The notes beneath the pieces were generated by a model. The model worked only from the letters and a program-made list of their open reading frames with translations. It did not search any database and had not been told where the DNA came from. From Phaeosaccion multiseriatum (Eukaryota > Protista > Ochrophyta, other classes), in assembly GCA_965112735.1 (NCBI GenBank), contig OZ218953.1, forward strand, positions 5,022,001 through 5,086,000: 64,000 nucleotides of DNA. The letters are read 5' to 3'. Each line of letters begins with the position of its first letter. The stretch's first letter is position 1. This document shows positions 23,901 to 35,942 of this stretch, one piece after another. The position numbers were made by a program, and so were the translations under genes.

Positions 23901-25435
23901 GTGCGAAGGGCCCTCTCCATCTGCTGCTGCTTTATCACCAAGTGCTGCTGCTGGACCCCAAGCTCGTCCTCTGCACCAACAACCCCCCTTCCACCGCCTT
24001 GTTGTTCCTCTTCTTCTTGCCTTGTTCTGGCGGTGGCCACTGGAGCATGCACACGAGCCCGGTGATGAGACAGTCCACTAGGAGTTGAGAAGGAGGGGGT
24101 CACGGCATGGGTCATTGCAGCGCGTGCCGAAGGAGGAGGAGGAGAAAGACAAGGAGAAGAAGCACTGGAGAGTGCACCGGAGGTTCTACAGTCTCCTCGC
24201 CCAGCTCCCTCTCTTCCGACAAGTCCACCCCCACCCCGTTCCCTGCTGGTGCTTCCCCTTCCCAGAAAGACGCTGATGTCCTCCCGAGTGGTCTCCTGTA
24301 GCAGGCGCTCCTGGCAAGGTGAAGGAAGGATGGATAGATACAGGCTTTAGACAGTAGTCATTTATACATTCCTCACTTTGAAAGAGGATTCAGTTGAGAC
24401 CTTCCATTCGGGTCGATGGGCAGAAGAGACAGCTTCACACACACACACACACACACACAGGGCAGCAACCGTGCCTGTGCAAATGCAAAAGGGGATGGGG
24501 CCACGTCCAAGGGCCGACCGTACCACTCTTACCATAGCAGCCCCCCCCCCACTGAGGCCTTGAGGCAAGGTACCAGCACTGTCACCATGGTCGTGTCCAG
24601 GAGTGGAGAGGTGGATGAGGCGAAATCGTCGTACGGAGGCATCTCTCAGCGACACGCCGAAGGTGAATACCGAACTGCAGCCACGTCCAGACCACAGCGA
24701 AGCGCATTCCACCCCCTGCATGCATTGCACAAAGAACGAGCGATAGGAGAAGAGGGCGTCAAAGACTTGCACGTGCGAGAGTCGGCTTAACCAGCCTCTC
24801 GGGTGTTGCAAGTCAATGTTGTACGTCAAGGAAGAACGTAATGGGAGAAGGACCGTTGCTACTGGTGCTGCTTACCGCCGCGGAGGAGACTTTCCGTAGA
24901 ACAGCATCAAGATCTGCGAGCTTGAAGAGCTGCACCTCCATGCTGCGGAGGGAATACAAGAGCGTCCCCTCTGACGAGGTTGGGGTATTGGCAAGGAGGA
25001 TGGTGGTTAGAACAGGGGCGTCCAGGCTGTTGGACAGGGGGGGGGGCAGAGAGCGACAAGTGTGTGGGTACCTTGGAGATGGTCTGAGCGCGGCTCCGCA
25101 GTGAGGGTGGAGGACACTTCCGGCGCTTTCCCTCGTGCAGCACTGCCGAGGACATCGCTCATTCTCTCGTCGCCGTGATGAGCCAAGCACCACCCGAAAT
25201 GCAGAGGGCTTCCTACTCCTTCTCCCCGCGTGCCTCGGCTCCCTCCCTCGTCGTCCTCTTCTCTCATCATTGTCTCGACAGCGTGCTGTAGAACTCTCGT
25301 GACGGCCTCCGGCTCATTCGAGACCACCATAAGCACGTCGCGCCCCCCCATCACAAGGCTCTTGCGTAGGACGGATCCGAGGTTCGCCTGCCGCTCAATC
25401 ATCATCGTTGCTGCTGCCTTCTTCGTGTTGACCAT
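20973..25435 (-). CDS. Multi-exon hypothetical protein with degenerate kinesin-like N-terminal segments and Q-rich low-complexity C-terminus
   Basis: Coding-like blocks at ~24580-25435, 23640-24300, 22890-23400, 22200-22620 and 20973-21640 with splice-like junctions. Segments LYSLRSMEVQLFKLADL, LSRLSHVQV, SSVFTFGV and FRLIHLS loosely follow kinesin motif order. Exact exon structure and stop are unresolved. Confidence 0.45.
21835..22200. repeat. (TCAC)n microsatellite, intronic
   Basis: Long imperfect TCAC/CCAC tract. Confidence 0.9.
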
Positions 25436-25679
25436 CCCATCGCCCACCGAGAACAGAGAACAGGATCAAAAAGTCGTTGGCAGAGGGTAACATACTTTAT
25501 TGACTTATTAGGAATCACCTAAGAAACTGAAAGTGTGAAAGTGTGTGTGTGTGTTGGCATGTTAGAGCTCGTTTGCCAACCTGTAAGCATTACGTAATTT
25601 ACGTATGGCCCCAGGGGGCGGAGGGCCAGCCGAATTGTAGAGCTGCTACCAAGAGAGAAGGCCAGGACTTGGAGCGCTC

Positions 25680-27404
25680 ATGGAGGGCGATGGTCAAGAG
25701 GTTGACCCCTGGGCTGCGGCCATGGTGGTAAGTACGGAGCAGTAGGGGTGCTAACATACGCACTGAATTTTCTTGACTCTCCGCATAAACGGGCCCCAGG
25801 GTGGAGATTTGATTATGGCTGTTGAGGGGGGGGGGCGGGGGGGGGCGGGGGAGGGGGAGGACAGGAAGGGTGCTTCTGCGCTAGATCTTCGATGCAAATG
25901 CTGGATGCGCCGCGTTGCTTTGGCTTGAGCGTTTCGATGAGAGGAGTACGGAGTCTGGTGTGGGTTGCTGGGTGGATGCGAGGGAAAGGCTTGCGCTTAG
26001 AGTGAGGGGGCTCGTAGAGTTGCTGGTTTGGCCTTTGCAATTGCTCCTCCCCCCCCCCCGACATCATGCAAGTTGTGCGAATGGAGGGCTCCCACATGAA
26101 TGGGGCACGTAGGGTCTGTTGGCGGAGAGTATTTTGCCAGTTTGCCCTGACCGGATTGCTTCTTCTTCTCCCCCCTCCTCCTCTTTGGTTCACCCCTTCA
26201 ACATACTGACCCTCCTTATCCGCCCGTGCTGCTGCTGCTTGATGCTGCTGCTTCTGCTTGCTTCCTGCCGGTTGCCCTCGTTTCTTGTCGTGCCTCGTGG
26301 GTGCTCTTGGTGTGCTTTCCTCCGTGCCCTCCTGCATGTGCCAAACGCCCCCCCCCCCCCCAACGCTACAGGGAGACCTGGAAGCCCTGTTGACGTACAT
26401 CGAGGATGGCGGCGACGTGAACAAGGCCGACAGGGACAACAACACCCCACTGCACTGGGCCTGTCAGGTTAGTCACCGGGGCGTTGGGACGGAGGAAGAG
26501 TGGGCGACCGTTGTGCCCACTCTCTCGTTGTTGGACACAAGAGGGAGGGAAACGAAGGAGACTGGCGATTGGCGATGCAGAGGTTGAGTGGAGTGAGCGA
26601 CGTGTTGCAATTTGTGTGTGTGTTGTGTGTTTTGGATTTGGCTGTGCTCCTCTCGGCTGCTGCGTTTCACTCGGCCCATAGCCTGCGCAATGCCAGTGTC
26701 TGCCAGTGTCAGTGGACTGAAGTCAAAGATGGTTTCCTTTCTGACTTCGCATTCACTACTTCCCCCCCTCCTCTGTCACATCCATCACCTTACCCATGGA
26801 CTGCCATTCCCACACACACCAACCCTATTAGGAGAGCCACTACGACATCGTCGGTGTGCTCATGTCCAGAGGTGCCGTCGTGGACCCCGTCAACGACCTC
26901 CACAGCACGCCTCTGCACTACGCTTGCAGAGAGGGCAACCTCGACATTGTGAGCGGACTCATCAACTTCCAGGCCAGTCTGGAGGCCCGCAACAGGTACT
27001 GCTACGCTTCTATGGCCTTGTTGCTTGCTTCTTATTTGCTTGCTTTTGTTCTTTGCAAGCTATTTGCTTGCTTGCTGCTATAGTTGGATCGATATCCACA
27101 CCTTGTGCTCTCCCGGTTGGCCCTTCTCACGCACCACCGGCTCTCCCCCTCTCCCTTCCGTTCGCTCTTGTCGATTTATCGACACAGGGACAATCTGTCT
27201 CCCCTGCATGTGGCTGCGGGCATGGGCCACACGCAGGTGGTGGAGGCCCTCATCTCGCACGGGGCCATGATCGAGGCCGAGGATAACGCCAAATACACTC
27301 CTCTGTGGCGCGCGTCCTACTACGGACATCCCGAGACCACGGACCTCCTCATTGCCAAGGGAGCCAACCCCAAGGCCACCAACAGAAAGGTAAGAGTTTG
27401 TATA

Positions 27405-27443
<39 letters not shown>

Positions 27444-29650
27444 AGGCGGACAAAAGTTTCGACCGAGATACATTTGACACTGCAGGCAGACCTCTTGGCA
27501 CAACTACAACAAACTAACCTCTCTCCCCGTCCCCCTCCTATTCGCGTCTCCCGTCTGCCTGCCCTTCTTGTCCGTCCGTCTGCCCCGTCTGCCTGCTTGT
27601 GACTCTCTGCATCTCTCCGCCTGCACCTTCCTCTCTCTGTCTGCCTACAGGGGCGCACCCCCGGTGAGGTGTTCAACCCTAAGGTGGCCGATGACATCAG
27701 GCTGAGGATCCGCGATATGCTCGGAGTCTCCAAGCCGGTCATGACCGAGACTGGTGAGTGTTAAGGGTTTGGGGCCAGGGTTAGGGTTAGGGTTATGGCT
27801 GGTGTTAAGGGTCAATAAGGTTGGCGGTTCAGTAGGAAGGGTGAGGATGAAATACAGGAAGGCGTTGTTTGACTCTGCCTTGCCTTCGTGCTTGACTTGC
27901 CCACTTGCCCTGCATTCCCTCGCTCTCGTCCCCTCCTCCCTCTGTCCTTCTAACATCTGCCCTCCCCATATCTGCTCTGCGCGTGGTCTGCCCCGTCCTT
28001 CTTGTTGTCTTTGTTTGTGTCTTCGCACGCATATCTCTCCTCTCTTGCGTCTTTGAATCTTTTCTTTTGGTGTTGTGTCTTGGCATGTGCGGCGGGCCGA
28101 GCAGTTGGAAGGAAGAGCAGCGTCAAGGGGGGCATGGTGGTTGGCAAGGACGGAGCCGTTACCGAGGAGGACAAGCGTGTTGCCGCTGGTGGTGCGTGTG
28201 GTGCCGTGTAACTGCCGTGGAAGAGCGCTTGTGGAAGGGGGGGGGTCGGGAGGAAGGGAGATGTGGAGAGAGAGGGGAGGGGAAGGAAGAAGGGAAAGAG
28301 AGACACAACCGCACACGGGTCACGAATGTAGTGTGTGTCAATTCTAGTGAGGTGATTTCGCATGGCCTTGGCACACCCTCCCTTCGCTTCGCTTCACTCG
28401 CTCACTCACTCAATGGCTTTTCTTTGTCACGTTCGTTTCCACGTTCCCGTCCATCCATTGCCATCCTCCCCCTTCACCAGACTACATGGTGGCCCCTCCT
28501 AATGCCTCCCCCCGGGTGACATCAGCGACCGTCGCTGACAGCACCAAGGAGGCCGGTGCTGGTGCTGTGGCAGCTCCCACCCAGGCTGCTAACGAGGATG
28601 CTGCAGCCGCCGGAGGAGGCGACACATCAGCAGCCGCTGCTGCCGGAGCTGCCGCTGTTGCCGCGGGCACTGCTGCTGCCGCTGCGGTGGGGCCTACGGC
28701 TTCAAAGGCTGCTGATAAAGCCTCCAGTGCTGCCTCCAAGCTGGCTGGACAAGCACCAGGTACTGGCGCTGGTGGAGATGCCGAAGCTGCGACCAGCACC
28801 GCTACGACCCCCCCTGTGGTTGTTGCTGGCGTGTCGGGAGAGGCACCCGAGCAAGGCGGCGCGGGCGCAGCTCCAGGGACGCCAGGAGCGGCTGTCGCAG
28901 CAGTCACAGCAGCGGGAGCAGCAGCGGTGGGAGCGGCCACCGGCGCTGGTGGTGGTGGTGCCCCGGCTTCCAAGAAGCCTGTGTCAAGCAACTCTAATGC
29001 GACGACGGTAGAGAAGCTTGAGGAGAAGATCGCATCCAACGCGAGCCTAAAGAAGAGTCTGGAGGAGAGGGAGGCGGAGCTCAAGAAGAAGGAGAAGCTC
29101 TTGAGTCAGCAGGCGGTGAGTCTAACTAGGACCAGTCAAAGGAGGAGGGGAGAAAATGACTTGTTGAGGAATGGAGAGGGTTGTGTCGTGTGGTTTTGCG
29201 TGTCTTTTCTTTCACAGTAGTTCACCCATCCACCTCTCTCTCTTGTCTCCCCGTCTGTCCGCGGTGGTGCTCTTTGTTGTATGTTTATAAACATAGGGTG
29301 GCGGTCCCGACCGTTCCTCCAAGGCGAACGAGGAGCTTGCTGAGATTCAGGACCAGGTCAAGCTCAAGGAGAAGGAGGTGGAGGCCGTGGCAAGGGAGCA
29401 AGAGGCTATGGAGGCAGAGCTGCAGCAGACCAAGAAGGCTCTGGAGGATAAGAAGGTATTGGCATCAGTCACGGCGTCAGAACCGCAGCAGCCGACCAAC
29501 ACGACCGCGATGGGAGGAGGAGGAGGAGCAGCAGCAGGAGGAGGAGGAGGAGGAGCAGGAGGAGGAGGAGGAGGAGCAGAGCAGGTGGGGGAGGCACAAC
29601 CAACGTCAACAACGCCGGTGGGAGGAGGAGGGTGTTGTATCGTCATGTGA
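25680..29650 (+). CDS. Ankyrin-repeat protein with Ala-rich linker, coiled coil and C-terminal CaaX (CCIVM)
   Basis: Exons MEGDGQEVDPWAAAMV (25680-25727) / GDLEALL...NTPLHWACQ / STPLHYACREGNLDIV / LSPLHVAAGMGH...YTPLWRASYYGH / GRTP... The last exon ends GGGGCCIVM* at 29650. Confidence 0.85.
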
Positions 29651-30369
29651 GGAGCCGCCATGCCATGTCATCTCTTGTTGGCTTCAGGTCCAGGTGACGA
29701 GCCCCTCTTTGCTCTTGCGAGTGGTTGGTGTGGCCACCCCCACCGAGATGGTCTTGTGTTTTGCCGTGTGCCGTTCGGGGAAGAGGTGGGGAAGAAGCGT
29801 TCGAGGCAGCGAGCGAGCAGCAGAGCGACGGAGGGGGGGGGGGGGGCAGAGACGTCAACTAGCAGCAAGAAGGACGATACACGAAGCGGGGGCAAGGTAG
29901 GGAGGAGGGAGCGAGAGGGGTGGAGTTGCCAGACGAAGTCGTGGTGTCGACAACACGGAGTGGACAAACAAGGCAAGAAGCCCCATGCCGTCGTTCTTTT
30001 GTGCGCAGGGGCCTTCCACTCTGTCTGTCTGGCTGGGGGGGGGGGGGGGGTCAGAGGGATAGAGGGCTTGCTGGGTTGGTGCTTTATTCTCTTTCCAGGG
30101 GATTGGAGTAGTAAGAGGGGGGTAAGAACGGGTAGGGTAAAGCAAGTTTTACGTTTAACTTTGATTGGGGGGGGGGGAGGAGGGGGGATATGCTTTTCTC
30201 GAGAGTAGTCCGAAGAGGGGATGGCAGTGGATGGGAAGGAAGGATGGCAGGGATGGAGTCAGGTCCATGACCCTCCTGTTGCTCTCTGCTCTGCTTTATC
30301 GCTGCGGTCGAGCGTTTCATCTCGTAGGGGGGTTCGTCCTAAAGTTTATCACAGGTATAATAAAATAAA

Positions 30370-31043
30370 CAGCCTTGCTGAACCACTTGAAATTGTGGTT
30401 TGGTTTGGTCCGTGGTCCGAGACCAAAAGGGCCAAAGTGAGTGGTTCTGGTCTGGTGGTCTTTGTGGTCTACTGAACCACGGGGGCGCACTGAGTGGTTT
30501 GGTCCATGGTTTGGTCTACTGTGGGTGAGACCTATGTGGTTTGGTCTATGGTTCGATCCAATGGTTCAGACCACGGACCATGGTCTGCGTTTCCGTTTTG
30601 TATTTTCTTATTTTTGCCTGGGTAGGAGAGGAAGAGACGCAAGAACATGAAGGTAAACACCCCCCCCTGTTCATCTCCGGTCCTTTTCATAAAATTTACC
30701 ATGTCTCCGGGTCCTTTTTCGGAAAAAGCCCTGCTCAAAAACGAAAGTCTCGAAAAAAAAAGCCTGATTTTTGAATTTAGAGCTAAAATAGGGCTGGACC
30801 ACGACCGGACTACACGGACCACGGACCAGACCACGTAGAGAGTGGTCTATGGCCTGGTTGAGTGTCATGTGGTTTGGTCTATGGTTTGGTTCTGTCCGGT
30901 TGAGTCTCATGTGGTTTGGTCTATGGTTTGGTCTCTTGGGTGGCGGCCCGACCGTGGTTTGGTTTGGTCCGTGAAAATATTTTGCCAAAGTGGTCTGGTT
31001 TTGTGGTCTGGTCCGTGGTCCGGCGAGTGGTTCAGCAAGGCTG
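30370..31043. mobile_element. hAT-type MITE (674 bp)
   Basis: 18-bp TIR CAGCCTTGCTGAACCACT / AGTGGTTCAGCAAGGCTG; 8-bp TSD AAAATAAA (30362-30369 and 31044-31051); many subterminal GTGGTTTGGTC/GTGGTC repeats; no credible ORF. Confidence 0.9.
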
Positions 31044-32686
31044 AAAATAAAGAAAAAAAATTCTCGAAAGAAGGGGAAAAAGGGAAAGGTTGGGGGGATG
31101 TTATTTTATTTTTTATTTTTGGTGCCAAAGTAAAAAAAACCCGGCTACAGCCTCAGTCAGCGATATACGCCCGTCAGCGGTCCGCCCGTCAAGGAAGCAG
31201 CCGCAACCAGCGCAGCCTCAGTCCCCGGATCGCAGCCGCAACAGCATGCAGCAGCGGCAGCCGAGCTGCCCTCACAGTCGGATCCACAGCGAGAGCATAG
31301 TCGTACGCTGCGAAGGCTCGAGGTTGAGCAACTGCACCACCAGCCTCAGCTTCAACATGCCGACAGCTCTCAGCAGCGACGGCAACAAAGGAAGGAGAAT
31401 GAGCAACAGTGGCAGCAGCAGGTGAGGGAAGAGACGGGAGGAGGTGTTTGCGAAACAAACCCCCATACTGCTGGAGGAAAATATAAAGAGAAAGAGAGCT
31501 GAACAGCAGGTGCAGAAGAAGGAGAGGGAAGAGAGGCAGCAGCTGCAGTTGGAGGGAGTCAGAATCGTTGGAAGAGAAGGTGAAGCAGCAGCTACAGTAG
31601 GAGGAAAGTAAAACAGCAGCTGCAGTTGGAGGAGGACGAGGTAAAGCAGCAGCTGAGTCGGGGGAGGAGGAGAAGGCGGAGGGGCTCAGCCTGGAGGAAG
31701 AGAAGACGCTGGCTCCAGCATGCAGAGCGATTGCAAGAGGAGGGGGATCGTGAGAGGCAACTGCAGCTGCAAGAAGAGCAGGAGCAACGCCATCGGCATG
31801 GCCATGACGAGCAGCGGCAGCAGTTAGCTATGGCTGGCAGAAGGACGCGGCACGAGTACCGCTGTCCCAGCAGGCGGTACACCAACAGATTTTGCAGCCA
31901 GTGCGCCCATCAGCAGCAGCCCAAGTACGACATGCATCGTATCGTCTTGTGGTCGGGTCTTGGCTCCCTCCCTCCCTCACCCTTCCCTCCCCCAATCTAT
32001 CCTCCCTCCCTCCCTCCCTCCCTCCCTCCCTCCCTCACTCTCCTTTGCTGTTTCCCTCCATCCCTCCCCCCCTCGGTCCCTTGCTGATCTCCAGGCCAAG
32101 GGCTCGAGCAGCAAACAGGTGCCTCAGAAGCTCCTCCGTCTCTCTCTCGAGGAGATGGACCCGCAGCAGCCAGACGATGATAGGGCTGAATAATGCCGGC
32201 AACCAATGATGGTTGACGAGCGCGGTGCAGATGCTCGGCTCCGTATCCAATGGTCAAGCGGACGCGTTTCGGGCATGTGATTTGCCCGAGGACCTGAAGG
32301 ACGCAATCATCCCCCTGATCAAGCAACGTCGGCACTCGTCGACTCCCACGCGACGAACATCTCGCAACCGCAGCGCGCCGCCACGCTTTAGAACTGGTAA
32401 GGGACGACTTTGCTGGGACGACTTTGCCTCTTTGTTTGCTTACATGCTCCCTGCTCCTTGCTCCCATGATACGGCATTAGGTCTCCCCCTCTAGCACCAG
32501 TTCAGCGCTCGCTGAGCAACGGTTACGCAGCAGCGGGGGCGACAGTTGCAGCGGCGACGACGAGTCCTCCGGCCGCAGCAGCGATCAGGAGGGCAACGAC
32601 CCCTGGATGGAGCAAGCATTCTGTACCGTGGACCCAACACAACCGGCAGCCCCCCCCCCCGCCGACACGGACTCCAACGAGGAGCG

Positions 32687-33135
32687 CGACTACCTGCTCA
32701 GTGGGAGAGCGCCTGGCTCAAAGGGGCCTGAGGGAAAGAACCCTTACCTGCAGATGTTCAAGTCGAAGGAAGGGCGCAAGACGCTGGCTGTGAACAACGG
32801 TATGGGGGCTCCGATGGAATCTATTCCCACGACAGGGCAGCCGTGGAACTCAGAGATGAGCCGCCAACGACGGAGTACTTCCGCTTCCACTTCCACCGAG
32901 GCTTCAAGTCTGATTGAAGCCTCCGTTGAAGTGGAAGCGGAAGTACTCCGTCGTTGGCGGCTCATCTCTGAGAAGCACGGCTGCCCTGTTGTAAGAAAAG
33001 ATTCCATCGTAGCCCCCCATACCGTTGTTCACAGCCAACGTCTTGCGCCCTTCCTTTGACTTGAACATCTGCAGGTAAGGGTTCTTTCCCTCAGGCCCCT
33101 TTGAGCCAGGCGCTCTCCCACTGAGCAGGTAGTCG
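32687..33135. repeat. Foldback inverted repeat 1 (~221-bp arms, 6-nt loop)
   Basis: 32687-32907 is the near-perfect reverse complement of 32914-33135. The loop is GTCTGA. Confidence 0.95.
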
Positions 33136-33588
33136 GGCCGATTGGCGAAGATGAGAGCGACCTTCGCCTCCGACACGAGGGAGGTAGTCGAGCGCCGAGC
33201 AGCGCTGGCTACTGCTTCACCGCCAGCCGCCGAGCCTGATGCAGCGGGGAACTGGGAGTGTGTGCAAGAATATCTGGAGAAGGAGGAACGCAGGGAAGTG
33301 GTGCCATCCACGGAGAGTCACTCGCTCACGGACGGGAAGCTGATGACGCTCAACGTCGTGCAGGGTCTGGGATGGCACGTGTCCGGCGGCTTCCCGCGGG
33401 ACGGCACAAGACCCAACCTTGTCGGAAGTTCGGTTTTCAGCACGCACGAGGCTCCCTCGAGGGAATTGCGGTCGGGTACGTGCATGTCGATATCGCTGCG
33501 GTAGCTAGGGCCCCTTCTCCCCGTCACGGGCAGTGTTGGGACTCCAGTGGGTCTTGTGCCGTGTGAGTCTTGTGGCAATCCGCGCCGG

Positions 33589-34246
33589 CCCTCTTCACGT
33601 GTCAGCAGGTCGGTTTACTTTGCCAGCCAGGGCGGAGGGAGGAGCGATACCGGAGGAGCAGGAAGGTGTCCCCTTGCAAAAGGACGTGACAAGGCAGCTC
33701 AGCGTTCCGGATTTGAAGCACCAGACGATTGAGGTGCAGCTCGTCAACAGCATCTCCTTTGCAGATTCGCCTGGTGGGGCAGACTGTACAATCAACACCA
33801 ACGATACTCAAGGCCAGGAAAGCGGTCTTTAAGTCCATCCAACCTTCGTTTCTCATGGTTTGTAGGGGCTCCGCTGTCCAAGTATGTTTCCTTGTCGCTC
33901 ACACGTTTTGAAGTATGGCCATACTTCAACACGTGTGAGCGACAAGGAAACTTACTGGGTCAGTGGAGCACCTACAGACCATGAGAAACGAAGGTTGGAT
34001 GGACTTAAAGACCGCTTTCCTGGCCTTGAGTATCGTTGGCGTTGATTGTACAGTCTGCCCCACCAGGCGAATCTGCAAAGGCCATGCTGTTGACGAGTTG
34101 CACCTCAATCGTCTGGTGCTTCAAATGGAATACTAAGCCGCCCTGTCACGTCCTTTTGCAAGGGGACACCTTCCTGCCCCTCCGGTACCGCTCCTCCCTC
34201 CGCCCTGGCTGGCAAAGTAAACCGACCTGCTGACACGTGAAGAGGG
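33589..34246. repeat. Foldback inverted repeat 2 (~330-bp arms, no loop)
   Basis: Centre TTGAAGTATGG|CCATACTTCAA at 33918/33919. Arms differ by roughly 20 substitutions or small indels. A diverged direct copy of the inner right arm lies at ~34282-34398. Confidence 0.95.
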
Positions 34247-34715
34247 ATGGGTCGCACAGTGCTCACGATGGATACCCTGCCTACTTCAACACGTGAGGGA
34301 CAAGCAAACCTACTGGGTCAGTGGAGGACCTACAGACCATGAGAAACGAAGGTCGGATGGACTTAAAGACCGCGTCCCTGGCTGGCCTTGAGTATCGTGG
34401 CAACGGCTGGTGGCCCTGCAGGGCAGACGACAACAGCGGAGGCCTGTCCGCTGCTCTCCAGCAACGAGCTGAGGAGTGGCTGGGGCACGAACACGGCCGG
34501 CACTGTGCGGCTTTTCGTGGGAGCGTATGGAGGCTGTGCTCGAGCTCATCCCCCCAGCCAGACCTGCTTCGTCTTTGCAAGAAGCGCTTCGACATGCATG
34601 GAGGTGTTGGTCAAAGAATGTGCCGAAGTCTTTGACAAGCTAGAGGTGGCCCAGCCCCAGGGGGAGCAGGAGCAGGGGGGGGGGGGTGCACGCAGCTTTT
34701 GTGTATCGTGACTGC

Positions 34716-34863
34716 AAGGCGACGCCTCAGCCCATTCGGCGTGAGGCGGCAGCACAAGCATTGGAGAACTGGCTGGTGATGCCAAAGTATAGAAGGGCAA
34801 CATCAGCCAGTTCTCCAATGCTTGTGCTGCCGCCTCACGCCGAATGGGCTGAGGCGTCGCCTT
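34716..34863. repeat. Foldback inverted repeat 3 (~68-bp arms, 12-nt loop)
   Basis: AAGGCGACGCCTCAGCCC...GATGCC / GGCAACATC...GGGCTGAGGCGTCGCCTT. Confidence 0.93.
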
Positions 34864-34982
34864 CGCTGCGCGTGCTATATCTGCCCACAGGTGCGGCAGA
34901 GCTGGGCAACTGTGCCGTCGGCATTGTTCGTTGGCTGGACCCGTGCTGGTGTCGTGCTCGTCACTCGTGTCGCCCCTTCCTG

Positions 34983-35332
34983 GGCATCGCGGGCTGCGTC
35001 TACAGGGACGGCGGTCCAGGCCTTCGCCTCCCGGTAGTTGGCGTTGAGGTGATAGTGTCTGCATCCTAGCTACCTGATGCGGCCCCGTCTGCTTGGTCTC
35101 CCGTCTAGCGTTGACCTGGCCGTTCCGTCCCCTGGTGAGTTGCAATAAGCCCTTAAATCGGCACCCATGGTGCTGAAAGGTCTCATTGTGACGGAACGGC
35201 CAGGATAGCGTTGGCTGACCAAGCAGACGGGGCCGCATCAGGTAGCTAGGATGCAGACACTACCACCTCAACGCCAACTACCGGGAGGCGAAGGCCTTGA
35301 CCGCCGTCCCTGGAGACACAGCCCGCGATGCC
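34983..35332. repeat. Foldback inverted repeat 4 (~115-bp outer arms plus 15-bp inner stem)
   Basis: ~34983-35098 pairs with ~35217-35332. The inner stem is CCTGGCCGTTCCGTC / GACGGAACGGCCAGG. Confidence 0.92.
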
Positions 35333-35334
35333 GA

Positions 35335-35550
35335 GGCCGGAGCACGAGCGACGACAGGGAGGGGCAACTGCTGTGGCACCTTACCGGCTTTTGATGCATG
35401 TTGCCACAAACGAAGAGATTGCAGCACGGAGGGGGACGTGGAGGAAGTGTACTTCCCCTCCGTGCTTCAGTCTCATCGTTTGTGGCAACATGCATCAAAA
35501 GCCGGTAAGGTGCCACAGCAGTTGCCCCTCCCTGTCCTCGTGCTCCGGCC
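35335..35550. repeat. Foldback inverted repeat 5 (~97-bp arms, ~20-nt loop)
   Basis: GGCCGGAGCACGAG...GCACGGAGGGG / CCCCTCCGTGCT...CTCGTGCTCCGGCC. Confidence 0.93.
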
Positions 35551-35942
35551 GGGAGAGGAGCCGGGGGGCGGGGTGGAGGAAGGGGGGGGGAGCGAAGAGG
35601 GCGGGGGGGCGGGGGGGTGGCGGTCGTAGCGGCAAGACCCTGCTCTCCCCATGTACCGAATCCATGCACTGTAATACTGAGTAGTAGCTAAGACTCAGTA
35701 TTTTTAGACGGGACGGGAGCCGCTCTCCTTACCAAGTCCACCTACCACTGAGCGGCGAGAACCACTCAGAATCTACGCCACATCGGACGCATAAACCTAA
35801 TCTGAGGCCTTCCAACATCAAGGACTTTGGAACCTCTATTCTCTGACCCGATCCCCTCGACCTGACCTTTCACGCGCAGCGAACACTCTACACTCCACGA
35901 CGCACACTCCCTTGCACACCACCCACACTCCTCAGACAGGAC

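Noticed and set aside
33589-34246. G:U bias identifying the transcribed strand of hairpin 2
   Set aside because: By-eye tally of about 7 versus 4 wobble-compatible changes (minus versus plus) is not decisive.
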